49,614 nucleotides of DNA from Anaerolineales bacterium. GTDB lineage: Bacteria > Chloroflexota > Anaerolineae > Anaerolineales > Villigracilaceae. Under the pieces are notes generated by a model. It did not search any database, had not been told where the DNA came from, and saw only the letters and a list, made by a program, of their open reading frames with translations. The position numbers and the translations under genes are program-made. Below, piece by piece: positions 17,812 through 28,016 of this stretch. The stretch spans positions 1-49,614 of the forward strand of contig JBKBPX010000001.1 of the NCBI GenBank assembly GCA_046292855.1, read 5' to 3'. How positions within the stretch are numbered: position 1 is the first letter of the stretch; each line of letters opens with the position of its first letter.

Positions 17812-18963
17812 TCAGTTCGTCAAAATGGCGACTGCTCCGCTGGTGGTCGGAACGCCGCGCCAGGATTGCACTAATGCTACCTCTGCACCTTCGACTTGAT
17901 GTGCTCCCGCTTCCCCGCGCAACTGTAGCACGGCCTCCAGGGCGCGCAGGAGGCCTGTGGCATCTAACAGGTGTCCGACTCCAAGACTGCCACCGGAGGG
18001 ATTGACCGGGAATTCTCCATCGAGATCGAAAGCGCCGGATTCGAGCAGTGTCCCGGCCTCTCCGTAGTCACATACCCCTAATGCTTCCAGGGATTGGAGT
18101 TCTTTATAGGCATAGCTATCGTCAACTTCGGCTAGATCAATCTCCTGCCAGGGATTGCGAATGCCGGCTTGGGCATAAGCCATTTGAGCCGCTTCCTGGA
18201 TATAGGGCAAATTGCCCCATTCGCGGCTTTCCAGTGAAGGTGAGTCATTGCACCAGCCGATGCCACGAATCCAAATCGGGTCCTCACGCAGGCTTTTGGC
18301 AATTCCCTCCGCAGCCAGCACCATGACGATCGCACCATCCACCGTGGCCGCCGTCTCGCGCTTGCCCAAAGGCCAGGCCAGTGGTGGGCCGAAGAGCACC
18401 TCATCCAGGCTGACATCGGCAGCATAGGAAGCCAACGGGTTGCGCAATGCATTCCGCCGATTCTTCACCACTACCGCCGCGCACTGTTCACGGGTCGTGC
18501 CGCTCTCGTAGAGATAGCGATGCATTTCCATCCCAGCCACGAAGTGCGTGTTCAGCCGCAAGGGGCGGTTGATCAGCGGGTCCTGAGCATAGGCGATGAT
18601 GGTATCTAGGCTCAAAACGTTCGAGGCTTTGCTGTGCCCTTCGACCACAACCACGCGAGCAATCCCGCTGCGGATGAGCATCAGCCCGGTCGCCAGGCCG
18701 TGCAACCCGTCCCCGGTGATGGTATGCACCGGTTTAAGCGCCGCTCCCAGTTGGTCTGGCACGTACTCATCGAAAATGCTTGTCCCCTCGATGAAATCCT
18801 CGGCCACAGTGACGAAGGAATCCACCTCGCGGCGTGGATCCACCCTCGCATCGGCGTAGGCACGCATTGCCGCCTCGTACATCAGTTCCTTATAAGACAA
18901 ATCGGGCGTCTTCGGCCTGAACCCAGCCCAACCGACGCCCACAATGGCAACTCGTTCGCTCAT
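17812..18963 (-). CDS. Thiolase-fold protein (SCP-x/nsLTP-like), apparently without the nucleophilic Cys
   Basis: C-terminal NPSGGSLGVGHLLDATGL..QLRGEAG. TGDG sits at the expected nucleophile loop (..HTITGDGLHGLATGLMLIRSGIARVVVVEGHSKAS). ATG at 18963 is preceded by aaggag. Confidence 0.8.
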   Translation of the reverse strand: MSERVAIVGVGWAGFRPKTPDLSYKELMYEAAMRAYADARVDPRREVDSFVTVAEDFIEGTSIFDEYVPDQLGAALKPVHTITGDGLHGLATGLMLIRSGIARVVVVEGHSKASNVLSLDTIIAYAQDPLINRPLRLNTHFVAGMEMHRYLYESGTTREQCAAVVVKNRRNALRNPLASYAADVSLDEVLFGPPLAWPLGKRETAATVDGAIVMVLAAEGIAKSLREDPIWIRGIGWCNDSPSLESREWGNLPYIQEAAQMAYAQAGIRNPWQEIDLAEVDDSYAYKELQSLEALGVCDYGEAGTLLESGAFDLDGEFPVNPSGGSLGVGHLLDATGLLRALEAVLQLRGEAGAHQVEGAEVALVQSWRGVPTTSGAVAILTN

Positions 18964-19047
18964 AGATGCTCCTTTCCTCATGGAGATTGGGAACGACTAC
19001 ATATGGATTATAACATGATGGCTTTTCTGCCGGGTGAATGCGCAATG

Positions 19048-19075
19048 GACGGTGGACTGGGGACAGTGGACGGTG
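19048..19075. repeat. Heptamer tandem repeat (GACGGTG type), 4 units
   Basis: gacggtg gactggg gacagtg gacggtg, between thrB and the thiolase-like cluster. Confidence 0.8.
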
Positions 19076-19109
19076 GGAGGGCTTTCCTACCGATTGAACG
19101 CGCAGCACT

Positions 19110-20018
19110 TTATGTAACCGGAAGAACTTGTGCACATTCAGAGGTGATCTCTAGGTGATAACAGCGTGATATGAGGCCAGCGTGCCGGAAGGCCTCTTGC
19201 ATCTCTTTCGCGAGATCGGGCATAGCGCTCAGGGAGAAGGCGATCAGGGAAGGACCGGCACCGGAGAGCGCAACGGCCGCCCCTAATCTTTCCGCAGCCC
19301 GCAACGCTTCTACTGCCCCCGGAATCAAGGGTAGCCGATGCGGTTGGTGCAGCTCATCGTACATTACCTGACGCAATAGGTCGAGGTCCCCTTCGGCGAA
19401 GGCACGCGTGACCAATATTGCGCGTGCGATATGCTGGCTTGTCTGGGAAAGGGATACATGGGGAGGTAGAACCTTGCGGGCGGTTCGGGTCGGCAGTGAA
19501 AAATCAGGCACGATGACAGTAACGTGGAATGGATGCCAGGGGAGCAGGCGGGCTATTACCTCGCCAGCCTCTCTTAACGCAACGGTCAACCCTCCCAATA
19601 GGGCTGGAGCCGCATTATCCGGATGCCCTTCCAGCTGGGTCGCAAGGCGAAGCAACTCTCCGGTTGAGAGCGGTTGATCCAATAGCGCATTGGCGGCCAG
19701 CAAGCCACTCACAATAGCCGCGGCGCTGGAACCAAGCCCGGCATTCCAGGGAATGCGATTTTGCGCCCGGATGCGCAAGCCGGCGGGAAATGGATGCCGA
19801 CAAACCTCATAGACGCGGCGCATGGCGCGCAGAATCAGATTTTCCTCGTTATCAAGAAGCTGATCGTTCCCTTCCCCCATGATTTCCAACCTCACAGCTT
19901 CGCCTTCGACGGTGAAACTCGTCTCGTTCCAGAGATCGAGCGCCAGTCCCAATGCATCGAAGCCTGGGCCGAGGTTGGCTGTTGTGGCTGGAGCGCGGAC
20001 GGTTACGGAATATCTCAT
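19110..20018 (-). CDS. thrB: Homoserine kinase
   Basis: GHMP kinase motifs ATTANLGPGFDALGLAL and GLGSSAAAIV. Confidence 0.9.
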   Translation of the reverse strand: MRYSVTVRAPATTANLGPGFDALGLALDLWNETSFTVEGEAVRLEIMGEGNDQLLDNEENLILRAMRRVYEVCRHPFPAGLRIRAQNRIPWNAGLGSSAAAIVSGLLAANALLDQPLSTGELLRLATQLEGHPDNAAPALLGGLTVALREAGEVIARLLPWHPFHVTVIVPDFSLPTRTARKVLPPHVSLSQTSQHIARAILVTRAFAEGDLDLLRQVMYDELHQPHRLPLIPGAVEALRAAERLGAAVALSGAGPSLIAFSLSAMPDLAKEMQEAFRHAGLISRCYHLEITSECAQVLPVT

Positions 20019-20021
20019 TGG

Positions 20022-20972
20022 CTATGAGGGACGGAGAAGCACTTTGAGGACGCCCGGTTGAGCGGCACGTTCAAAAGCCTGGAGTCCTTTTTCGAGCGGA
20101 AATTCGTCCATAATCAGGGGAGTTGGATCCACCCGACCGCTTTCTAGCAGGCGTAGCGCCGGTTCAAAGGGGCCGCAGCGCGAACCTAAAATCTGAACCT
20201 CGTCTACTACCAGCGACGAAAAGTTGACCCGCAGATCGCCTTTGTAAGTGGACTTCATCACCAGCAGGCCGCGCGGCCGAACGGCCTGGCGGGCAATGGA
20301 AAAACCCTCTGGAGAACCAGTCGCCTCAATGACCACATCCCAACGTCTTGGGGTGATCTCAGCTTCATCGAGCGCTCGTATTCCCCACCCTTGCAGAAGC
20401 GCGCGCGGGTGCTCGCGCCTTGCCAACACGCGCAGATCACAACCAATCTGCGCCACGACCTGGGCGATCAGCAGCCCCAATCGTCCGGCACCGACTACCA
20501 AAACGCGATCGGTTGGACGGATATGCGCTTGTTCCAAGATTTCCAGCGCGGCCGCCAATGGCTCGGTGAAGACGGCTTTTTCATCTGGCACGCTTTCCGG
20601 CACGCGATGCAGGTTAGCCATGGGAAGACGGGTATATTCGGCAAAAACGCCGTCACGATTCACAATTCCCAACACAGTGCGATTCTCGCAATGGGTAGGA
20701 TAACCCTTGCGACAGGGTTCACACTGCCCACAAACAGCATTGATTTCTCCTGCCACTCGCTGCCCGACCCAGGAGGGATCGGGTGCTTCGACCACTTCAC
20801 CGACAAATTCATGTCCCAGCACACCACGATAAGGGTAATACCCCTTGACCATTTCCAGGTCAGTGCTGCAGATGCCTGCCAGGCGGACACGGATCAGGGC
20901 TTCGCCATTTGCCTGCGGCTGCGACAGCGAACGCAATTCCAATCGTTGGTTTTCGAGCCAGAGAGCAAGCAT
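20022..20972 (-). CDS. Zinc-dependent alcohol dehydrogenase (MDR family)
   Basis: GHEFVGEV catalytic-zinc motif, structural-zinc Cys cluster CGQCEPCRKGYPTHC, Rossmann motif VVGAGRLG. Confidence 0.88.
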   Translation of the reverse strand: MLALWLENQRLELRSLSQPQANGEALIRVRLAGICSTDLEMVKGYYPYRGVLGHEFVGEVVEAPDPSWVGQRVAGEINAVCGQCEPCRKGYPTHCENRTVLGIVNRDGVFAEYTRLPMANLHRVPESVPDEKAVFTEPLAAALEILEQAHIRPTDRVLVVGAGRLGLLIAQVVAQIGCDLRVLARREHPRALLQGWGIRALDEAEITPRRWDVVIEATGSPEGFSIARQAVRPRGLLVMKSTYKGDLRVNFSSLVVDEVQILGSRCGPFEPALRLLESGRVDPTPLIMDEFPLEKGLQAFERAAQPGVLKVLLRPS

Positions 20973-21057
20973 AAAAGAGCCTTGTTTGGGGAGGGTATGC
21001 AGCTAAATTTTACCCTAAAGAAGGGCATACGTGGGGAAAAGCCGGAGCCCGGTTTTG

Positions 21058-21066
21058 TGGTAAAAT
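21058..21066 (+). promoter_or_regulatory. Extended -10 element candidate (TGGTAAAAT)
   Basis: tgGTAAAAT about 55 nt upstream of the 21121 start. The same 9-mer occurs upstream of the cobalamin riboswitch. Confidence 0.3.
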
Positions 21067-21120
21067 ATACCTGCCGTCCACACGAGCACAGACGATTTCG
21101 CTAAAATAGCCAAGAGACAT

Positions 21121-22041
21121 ATGGTTATCCAAGACGTAGAAGATCTGATCAAGCAGTTGCATCGTCATCCGGAATGGCGCGATGCGTTGCGGAGGGAGAT
21201 TCTTACCGAAGAATTACTCTCCCTGCCTCAAATCGTGCGCGAGCTAGCCGAGGCGCAGAAGCGCACAGAAGAGCGTATTGGCGAGCTAGCCGAAGCGCAG
21301 AAGCGCACAGAAGAGCGTATTGGCGAGCTAGCCGAAGCGCAGAAGCGCACGGAGCAACGGCTTGACGAGCTAGCCGAAGCGCAGAAGCGCACAGAAGAGC
21401 GTATTGGCGAGCTAGCCGAAGCGCAGAAGCGCACAGAAGAACGCCTGGAAGCCCTTACCAAGCGAGTTGACGAGCTAGCCGAGGCGCAGAAGCGCACGGA
21501 GCAACGGCTTGACGAGCTAGCCGAGGCGCAGAAGCGCACGGAGCAACGAGTTGACGAACTAACTCAAGCCGTGACCAAGCTCACCGCTCGTGTAGACCAG
21601 ATCACCTACGAATTGAATAAGCTGCGCGGTGATAATAAGGAGCGCTACTATCGTGAACATGCAGGGGCATTCTTTGGCTCCATCCTGCGCAGGGCACGCG
21701 CCTTGAGCGATGCCGAGATTACCATGTTGGTGGAAGATGCCCTCGATGCCGGAAAGCTTAGCGAGGAAGAAAGGAACGACCTGCTATTGAGCGACCTCAT
21801 CGTCCGAGGCCGCGATCGCCAGACGCACGAGGAGATCCATTTGCTCGTGGAAGTCTCCATCGGCATAGGCCGGGGGGATGTCGAACGGGCAGCGCGACGG
21901 GCTGCGCTTCTCTCCCGCCTGTTCCCGACCCGTCCGGTGGTGGCCGGGGAGGGGATCAATGCCGAGGCGATCATCCGCTGCCGTGAACTGGGTGTTTGGC
22001 AGGTGTTGGACGGCGCAGTTATTGCCCCTCAAGCGCCTTGA
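21121..22041 (+). CDS. Coiled-coil repeat protein with possible PD-(D/E)XK-like C-terminal domain (DUF3782/DUF1626-like, from memory)
   Basis: 306 aa. Seven copies of [10 protein letters not shown](E/Q)R(I/L/V)(G/D). The C-terminus contains ..SDLIVRG..x10..IHLLVEVS.. followed by a helical segment. Confidence 0.75.
   Translation: MVIQDVEDLIKQLHRHPEWRDALRREILTEELLSLPQIVRELAEAQKRTEERIGELAEAQKRTEERIGELAEAQKRTEQRLDELAEAQKRTEERIGELAEAQKRTEERLEALTKRVDELAEAQKRTEQRLDELAEAQKRTEQRVDELTQAVTKLTARVDQITYELNKLRGDNKERYYREHAGAFFGSILRRARALSDAEITMLVEDALDAGKLSEEERNDLLLSDLIVRGRDRQTHEEIHLLVEVSIGIGRGDVERAARRAALLSRLFPTRPVVAGEGINAEAIIRCRELGVWQVLDGAVIAPQAP
21241..21555 (+). repeat. In-frame 42-bp tandem repeat inside the CDS
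   Basis: gagctagccga(a/g)gcgcagaagcgcac(a/g)ga(a/g)ga(g/a)cg... repeated 7 times. One unit carries a 21-nt insertion (21409-21471). Several units are identical at the DNA level. Confidence 0.9.
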
Positions 22042-22226
22042 GGGCCCCCCACTCACGGGAGAGATAGAACGGAATTGATGGGGGGATAACTTTGGCAAAA
22101 ACACCTTCTCCGCCGCCCTTGATCCGCAAGTGCCCCTCGATGGAGCATGCCTCACCTTTCCTTTGTTTACACCGAGATCGTCTCGATGGGTGGTTTGGTT
22201 TAGTTGGGGTTACCCTGCGAGTTATC

Positions 22227-23981
<1,755 letters not shown>

Positions 23982-23983
23982 AG

Positions 23984-25441
23984 TCAGCGAGGAGAAAATT
24001 CATCTACCAGACGACCCTCTTCATCGAAGTGGAAAGGTCCCTGTGGGACGCGCGAGTCAATTTGCAGGTAGCCGGCGTCCATGTACTCCCAGAATAGCTG
24101 GAAGGGCGCTTTGTCCTTTTGCCATTTTTCGGCCATCACCACCCCATGCCCCGGCAAGATGGTGAAGACAACCTGTCGCCGGTCTTCGGGATTGCGCAGG
24201 GCTTCGGATCGGGAAAAGGCGCGGTAGATGCCATGTGCCTGGGCTTCGGTGGCGCAGGTGACCGGATAGTGATAATACGGCGCGTCCAAGGGCACAAACT
24301 CGACAAAGCGCGGGTCATAGGCTTTTACGCCGCGGTGCCCGTGCAACTTGGAGCGCACGACTGGCACTTCTGCCCCATTTTCCAGGCGCAGGCGCGGCAG
24401 ATCGGAATCCATGAGCACCAGCTCGACAGCCTCGGAAGAGGGAGGGTCATTGCGCTTGCCCTCCACATGGCGCACAAGCGCTCCCTGACCATCGGGACGG
24501 ATGCCAACGATCACGGCCAGTTCATCTTCCGTGATGCTATCCTTATCCACCGGGCGGGCGCTGCCGGTGACGGTGGAGATGAGAGCGCTCAGGGCCGGCT
24601 CCCAGGTGGCGAAACATCCCTCACTGTATTGATCTGCCACCACGTCTGAGATGGCCGGGACGTGGACGAGGCGGTTGATGTATACGGTGGGAGTGAAGAA
24701 ATTGCGTTTGCCCAGCTCGCGCGCCGCCCGAATCATCGCCGAGGGAGCGGTGAGGGCTTTCCAGGTTTCGGCCGGGATGGGTGGCTCGACCACCTGATGC
24801 GCGGTGACCTCATGGGTGCTGAGCGCGGTCACCTGGCGCAGGACAATATCCCGATAGAATTCTTCAGGAGAAGTGCCATCGCTGCGCGGGTAGCCGCCGA
24901 CGAGGTCAAAATGATAGGCCTCCCCAGGCTTCTCATCCCCGACCAGGAGCAGAATGCGAATGCTCTTAGCCTGTGCCTGTAACATACGCTGGAGTGCCAG
25001 GAGCGGCCCGCCGCGCTGCCCCTGTTCCAGCAAGGTCTTCCAAGCGTCTTCGGCCAAGCCGGGGAAGGTGAAATCTTTCGGGTCAGGGGGAGATTTGCGC
25101 AGCGCCTGCTCAAAATGGTTGATCCATTGACGGAAGGTCTCCGTAGAGGTATGGATCAGGGTCAGGATCGTAGGGGTGTGCTTCAGGCCAAAGCGTCGTC
25201 GCACCGTAAAGAGTACAGCGTGACGCCAGTTCAGCGGCTCAGCAAAGGGTGCATTGGTGAGAACGAGATCGGTCTTCTCGTCCGGATGCTCCTGGACAAT
25301 ATGCCCCTGGCGACGGAAGGCTTCTAGCAATTGTGGGATGCTCTCCTCCAGTAGAGCGCTCAATGGTGCAGAGGGCACAAAGGCCAGGTGGATCGTACGA
25401 AGCCAGGGATGAAGCTGAATGGAAGGGGACGAGGTACCCAT
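23984..25441 (-). CDS. Uncharacterised 485-aa protein, translationally coupled to mutL
   Basis: Long ORF with SD aggagg 5 nt before the ATG at 25441. Its stop lies 2 nt before the mutL start. No family motif recognised. Confidence 0.7.
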   Translation of the reverse strand: MGTSSPSIQLHPWLRTIHLAFVPSAPLSALLEESIPQLLEAFRRQGHIVQEHPDEKTDLVLTNAPFAEPLNWRHAVLFTVRRRFGLKHTPTILTLIHTSTETFRQWINHFEQALRKSPPDPKDFTFPGLAEDAWKTLLEQGQRGGPLLALQRMLQAQAKSIRILLLVGDEKPGEAYHFDLVGGYPRSDGTSPEEFYRDIVLRQVTALSTHEVTAHQVVEPPIPAETWKALTAPSAMIRAARELGKRNFFTPTVYINRLVHVPAISDVVADQYSEGCFATWEPALSALISTVTGSARPVDKDSITEDELAVIVGIRPDGQGALVRHVEGKRNDPPSSEAVELVLMDSDLPRLRLENGAEVPVVRSKLHGHRGVKAYDPRFVEFVPLDAPYYHYPVTCATEAQAHGIYRAFSRSEALRNPEDRRQVVFTILPGHGVVMAEKWQKDKAPFQLFWEYMDAGYLQIDSRVPQGPFHFDEEGRLVDEFSPR

Positions 25442-25453
25442 AAACACCTCCTG

Positions 25454-25482
25454 TTGACAAATAGTTGGAACAAGTTTACCAT
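25454..25482 (+). promoter_or_regulatory. Putative promoter of the sirtuin gene
   Basis: TTGACA (25454-25459), 17-nt spacer, TACCAT (25477-25482). Confidence 0.45.
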
Positions 25483-25486
25483 ATTA

Positions 25487-25528
25487 GACGATGGACGGTA
25501 GACGGTGGACGGTAGACAGTGGATGGTG
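25487..25528. repeat. Heptamer tandem repeat (GACGGTG type), 6 units
   Basis: gacgatg gacggta gacggtg gacggta gacagtg gatggtg, running into the SD ggagg of the sirtuin gene. Confidence 0.85.
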
Positions 25529-25537
25529 GAGGTAGCT

Positions 25538-26275
25538 ATGGAATTTCCGCTTAAGTTGCGCGCTGCTCTGCGCGCGGCTGAGCGGGTGGCCGTGCTGAGC
25601 GGGGCCGGCATTTCCCAGGAATCGGGCTTGCGTACCTTTCGCGAGGCCAAAAACGGGCTTTGGCAGCAGTATCGTCCAGAAGAATTGGCTTCACCGCAAG
25701 CCTTTGCTCGTAATCCAAAGCTGGTCTGGGATTGGTATGCCTGGCGACGGGAAGCGGTGAAAGGAGCGAGGCCGAATGCGGCGCATTATGCGCTCGTGGA
25801 AATGGAGCGTCACATTGCAGATTTTACGCTCATCACCCAGAACGTGGATGGGCTTCATCAGATGGCCGGTAGCCAGCAGGTGATCGAACTCCATGGCAAT
25901 ATCCGACGGGTGCGCTGCTCGGTGTGTGGTAAACAGGCGCTAGAGTGGGAAGAAAACGAAACGGAAGTGCCACGTTGCCAGGAGTGTGGGGGACTTTTGA
26001 GACCGGATGTGGTCTGGTTCGGGGAGATATTGCCACCCCAGGCGCTGGAAGCGGCGGTTGAAGCGGCGCAGCGATGTCAGGTGTTCTTTTCGATCGGCAC
26101 ATCAGGAGTTGTCCAACCGGCAGCTTCCCTACCCTATGCCGCGAAGCGAAAAGGCGCCCTTGTGGTCGAGATCAATCTGGAAGCGACGCCGCTCACCCAG
26201 CACGCCGATTTCGCTTTTCACGGGAAAGCAGGAGAAATTCTGCCGGCGCTGGTGAGGGCGGTTTTCGGCGCTTAG
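25538..26275 (+). CDS. cobB: NAD-dependent protein deacylase (Sir2 family)
   Basis: GAGISQESGLRTFR, QNVDGLH, and a zinc ribbon CSVCG..CQECGG. ATG at 25538 is preceded by ggagg. Confidence 0.92.
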   Translation: MEFPLKLRAALRAAERVAVLSGAGISQESGLRTFREAKNGLWQQYRPEELASPQAFARNPKLVWDWYAWRREAVKGARPNAAHYALVEMERHIADFTLITQNVDGLHQMAGSQQVIELHGNIRRVRCSVCGKQALEWEENETEVPRCQECGGLLRPDVVWFGEILPPQALEAAVEAAQRCQVFFSIGTSGVVQPAASLPYAAKRKGALVVEINLEATPLTQHADFAFHGKAGEILPALVRAVFGA

Positions 26276-26284
26276 GTTGGCCGC

Positions 26285-27373
26285 TCATCGTCGGTTTTTG
26301 AGCGCCCACTGGATTGCTTCAACAAATGCTTCTACCATGCCTTCCAGATTGATTTCGTCGCGCACGATGCGGTAGGAAGCTTCTCCCTTTTGACGCAGGA
26401 GAACACCATCGGAAAGGGCCAGGCGCAAGGCCTGGACTAGAGCAGGATAGTCATCAGGGGGGATTTGCCAGCCATTCTCCGGGCGGACAAGGTCATCTTG
26501 GGTGCCATCGCCACGCGCCACCAGGATTGGCAGGGCATAGCTCATCGCCTCCTGGATCGCCAGGCCGCCGGTGCCGGGCAGGACGAAGAGATCGGCCATG
26601 TGGAAAAACGGAGCCAGCGCTTCGCCATGCTTTTCACCGATGAATTCTGCCTGGGGGTAGTGCTGCGCGGCTACCTGTTCCAGGCGAGCCCGCTCCGGGC
26701 CATCCCCGACGATGAGCAGGCGCGGCGGTATGGGCATTTCGGCGCAGGCGCGGATTAACCAATCCACCCGTTTGCGCGGCTGTAAACGCCCGACATAGAG
26801 CACGGTGCAGCGCTCCTGGATGGGAGGACGAGCAGGAGGGGGGAGGCTCGGGCGCGACGTGACAGCGTTTGGCGCCAGGAAGATGCGGGAACGTGGCACC
26901 CCGGCAGCGGCATATTCTTCCACCCCGCGCCGACTGTAGGCGATCAAGCCATCAAACTGGCGGAGAAAGCGCAACCGGCGCCATTGACGCCAGAATCTCA
27001 GCCTGCCTGTGATCGGCGGCGCGCCTAATCCCCATCCCAAAACGGGTCTACGGCGCGCTTTCATCCAACGGATCGCCTTTGCCGTGCTCAGGTAACGCGG
27101 GTTGGCTTCCACGATTAACACCTGCGGGTCCCAGCGTTCCAGCCAATTCAGGATGTCGCGCTGGTAGCATAGGTAGAACGTCCCCCTGAAGAGGTGGATG
27201 TTTTTGGCGAGGAAATAGTGCCCGTTCGTCAGCTCCTGTGCCGAGCGGATGCCTTCATCGGGACGTGGCAGGCCGGCAAAGAGGCTGAATTCCCCTCCCA
27301 ATGCCTGCCCTAGAAGTTCAAAGAAGGGGCGGCGGTAGAGCGGATAGACTCGTTGCTGCAAACCCAGGCGCAT
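26285..27373 (-). CDS. Glycosyltransferase family 4
   Basis: C-terminal GT1-type domain with ..LFVLPGTGGLAIQEAMSYALPILV.. (E-x7-E region). Lies 9 nt downstream of the adenosyltransferase gene. Confidence 0.8.
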   Translation of the reverse strand: MRLGLQQRVYPLYRRPFFELLGQALGGEFSLFAGLPRPDEGIRSAQELTNGHYFLAKNIHLFRGTFYLCYQRDILNWLERWDPQVLIVEANPRYLSTAKAIRWMKARRRPVLGWGLGAPPITGRLRFWRQWRRLRFLRQFDGLIAYSRRGVEEYAAAGVPRSRIFLAPNAVTSRPSLPPPARPPIQERCTVLYVGRLQPRKRVDWLIRACAEMPIPPRLLIVGDGPERARLEQVAAQHYPQAEFIGEKHGEALAPFFHMADLFVLPGTGGLAIQEAMSYALPILVARGDGTQDDLVRPENGWQIPPDDYPALVQALRLALSDGVLLRQKGEASYRIVRDEINLEGMVEAFVEAIQWALKNRR

Positions 27374-27382
27374 ACGCCTTGA

Positions 27383-27946
27383 TTATAATCGGCTATCCCA
27401 GAGGGGTTCTGCAACGCCGCGCATTTTGTTCTCGTAACGCGCCATGACGAAGAGGGCATCCGAGAGACGGTTGATGTAAGGGAGGACATATTTGCCGATC
27501 TTTTCCTGGCGGCTGAGTGCTGCGACTTCGCGCTCGGCGCGCCGGCAGACGGTGCGCGCCAAGTGTAACCAGGCGGCACCTGGAGAGCCACCCGGCAGGA
27601 TGAAGTTCTCCAAGGGGCCGACCCTGGCGTTCAGTTCGTCTATCAGGTCTTCCAGTCTTTTGATATGGCGCGCCTCAATCTGGGGCAATTGCAGGCGCTC
27701 CTTGTCCTCTTCCAGGAAAGCCAAGTCGGTGCCCAGGTGGAAGAGTTCATTCTGGATAGAGGGGAGCACCTGCTGCAAACGCTCGCATAGGCCGTGTGCC
27801 AGGGCTAGGCCGAGCACGGAGTTCAGCTCGTCTATCGTGCCGTAAGCGGCCACGCGCAGCGCATCTTTGGGCACGCGCTGACCACCACCCAGGGCGGTGG
27901 TGCCGTTATCTCCCTTGCGGGTGTAGATTTTCGTGAGGCGGGGCAT
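27383..27946 (-). CDS. PduO-type ATP:cob(I)alamin adenosyltransferase
   Basis: N-terminus [17 protein letters not shown] and the helical-bundle length (187 aa) typical of the PduO/MMAB family. Confidence 0.9.
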   Translation of the reverse strand: MPRLTKIYTRKGDNGTTALGGGQRVPKDALRVAAYGTIDELNSVLGLALAHGLCERLQQVLPSIQNELFHLGTDLAFLEEDKERLQLPQIEARHIKRLEDLIDELNARVGPLENFILPGGSPGAAWLHLARTVCRRAEREVAALSRQEKIGKYVLPYINRLSDALFVMARYENKMRGVAEPLWDSRL

Positions 27947-27952
27947 ACCTTA

Positions 27953-28016
27953 GTCCTGTAGTCTTATAGTCTTATAGTCTTATAGTCTTATAGTCTTATA
28001 GTCTTATAGTCTAGTG
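27953..28016. repeat. Octamer tandem repeat (GTCTTATA), about 8 units
   Basis: gtcctgta, then gtcttata six times, then gtctagtg. Fills the spacer between the binding-protein stop (28004) and the adenosyltransferase start (27946). Confidence 0.9.

Noticed and set aside
21228-21539. 103-aa minus-strand ORF rich in FCASASSS repeats
   Set aside because: It is the antisense reading of the 42-bp repeats of the coiled-coil gene. It has low complexity and no start context.
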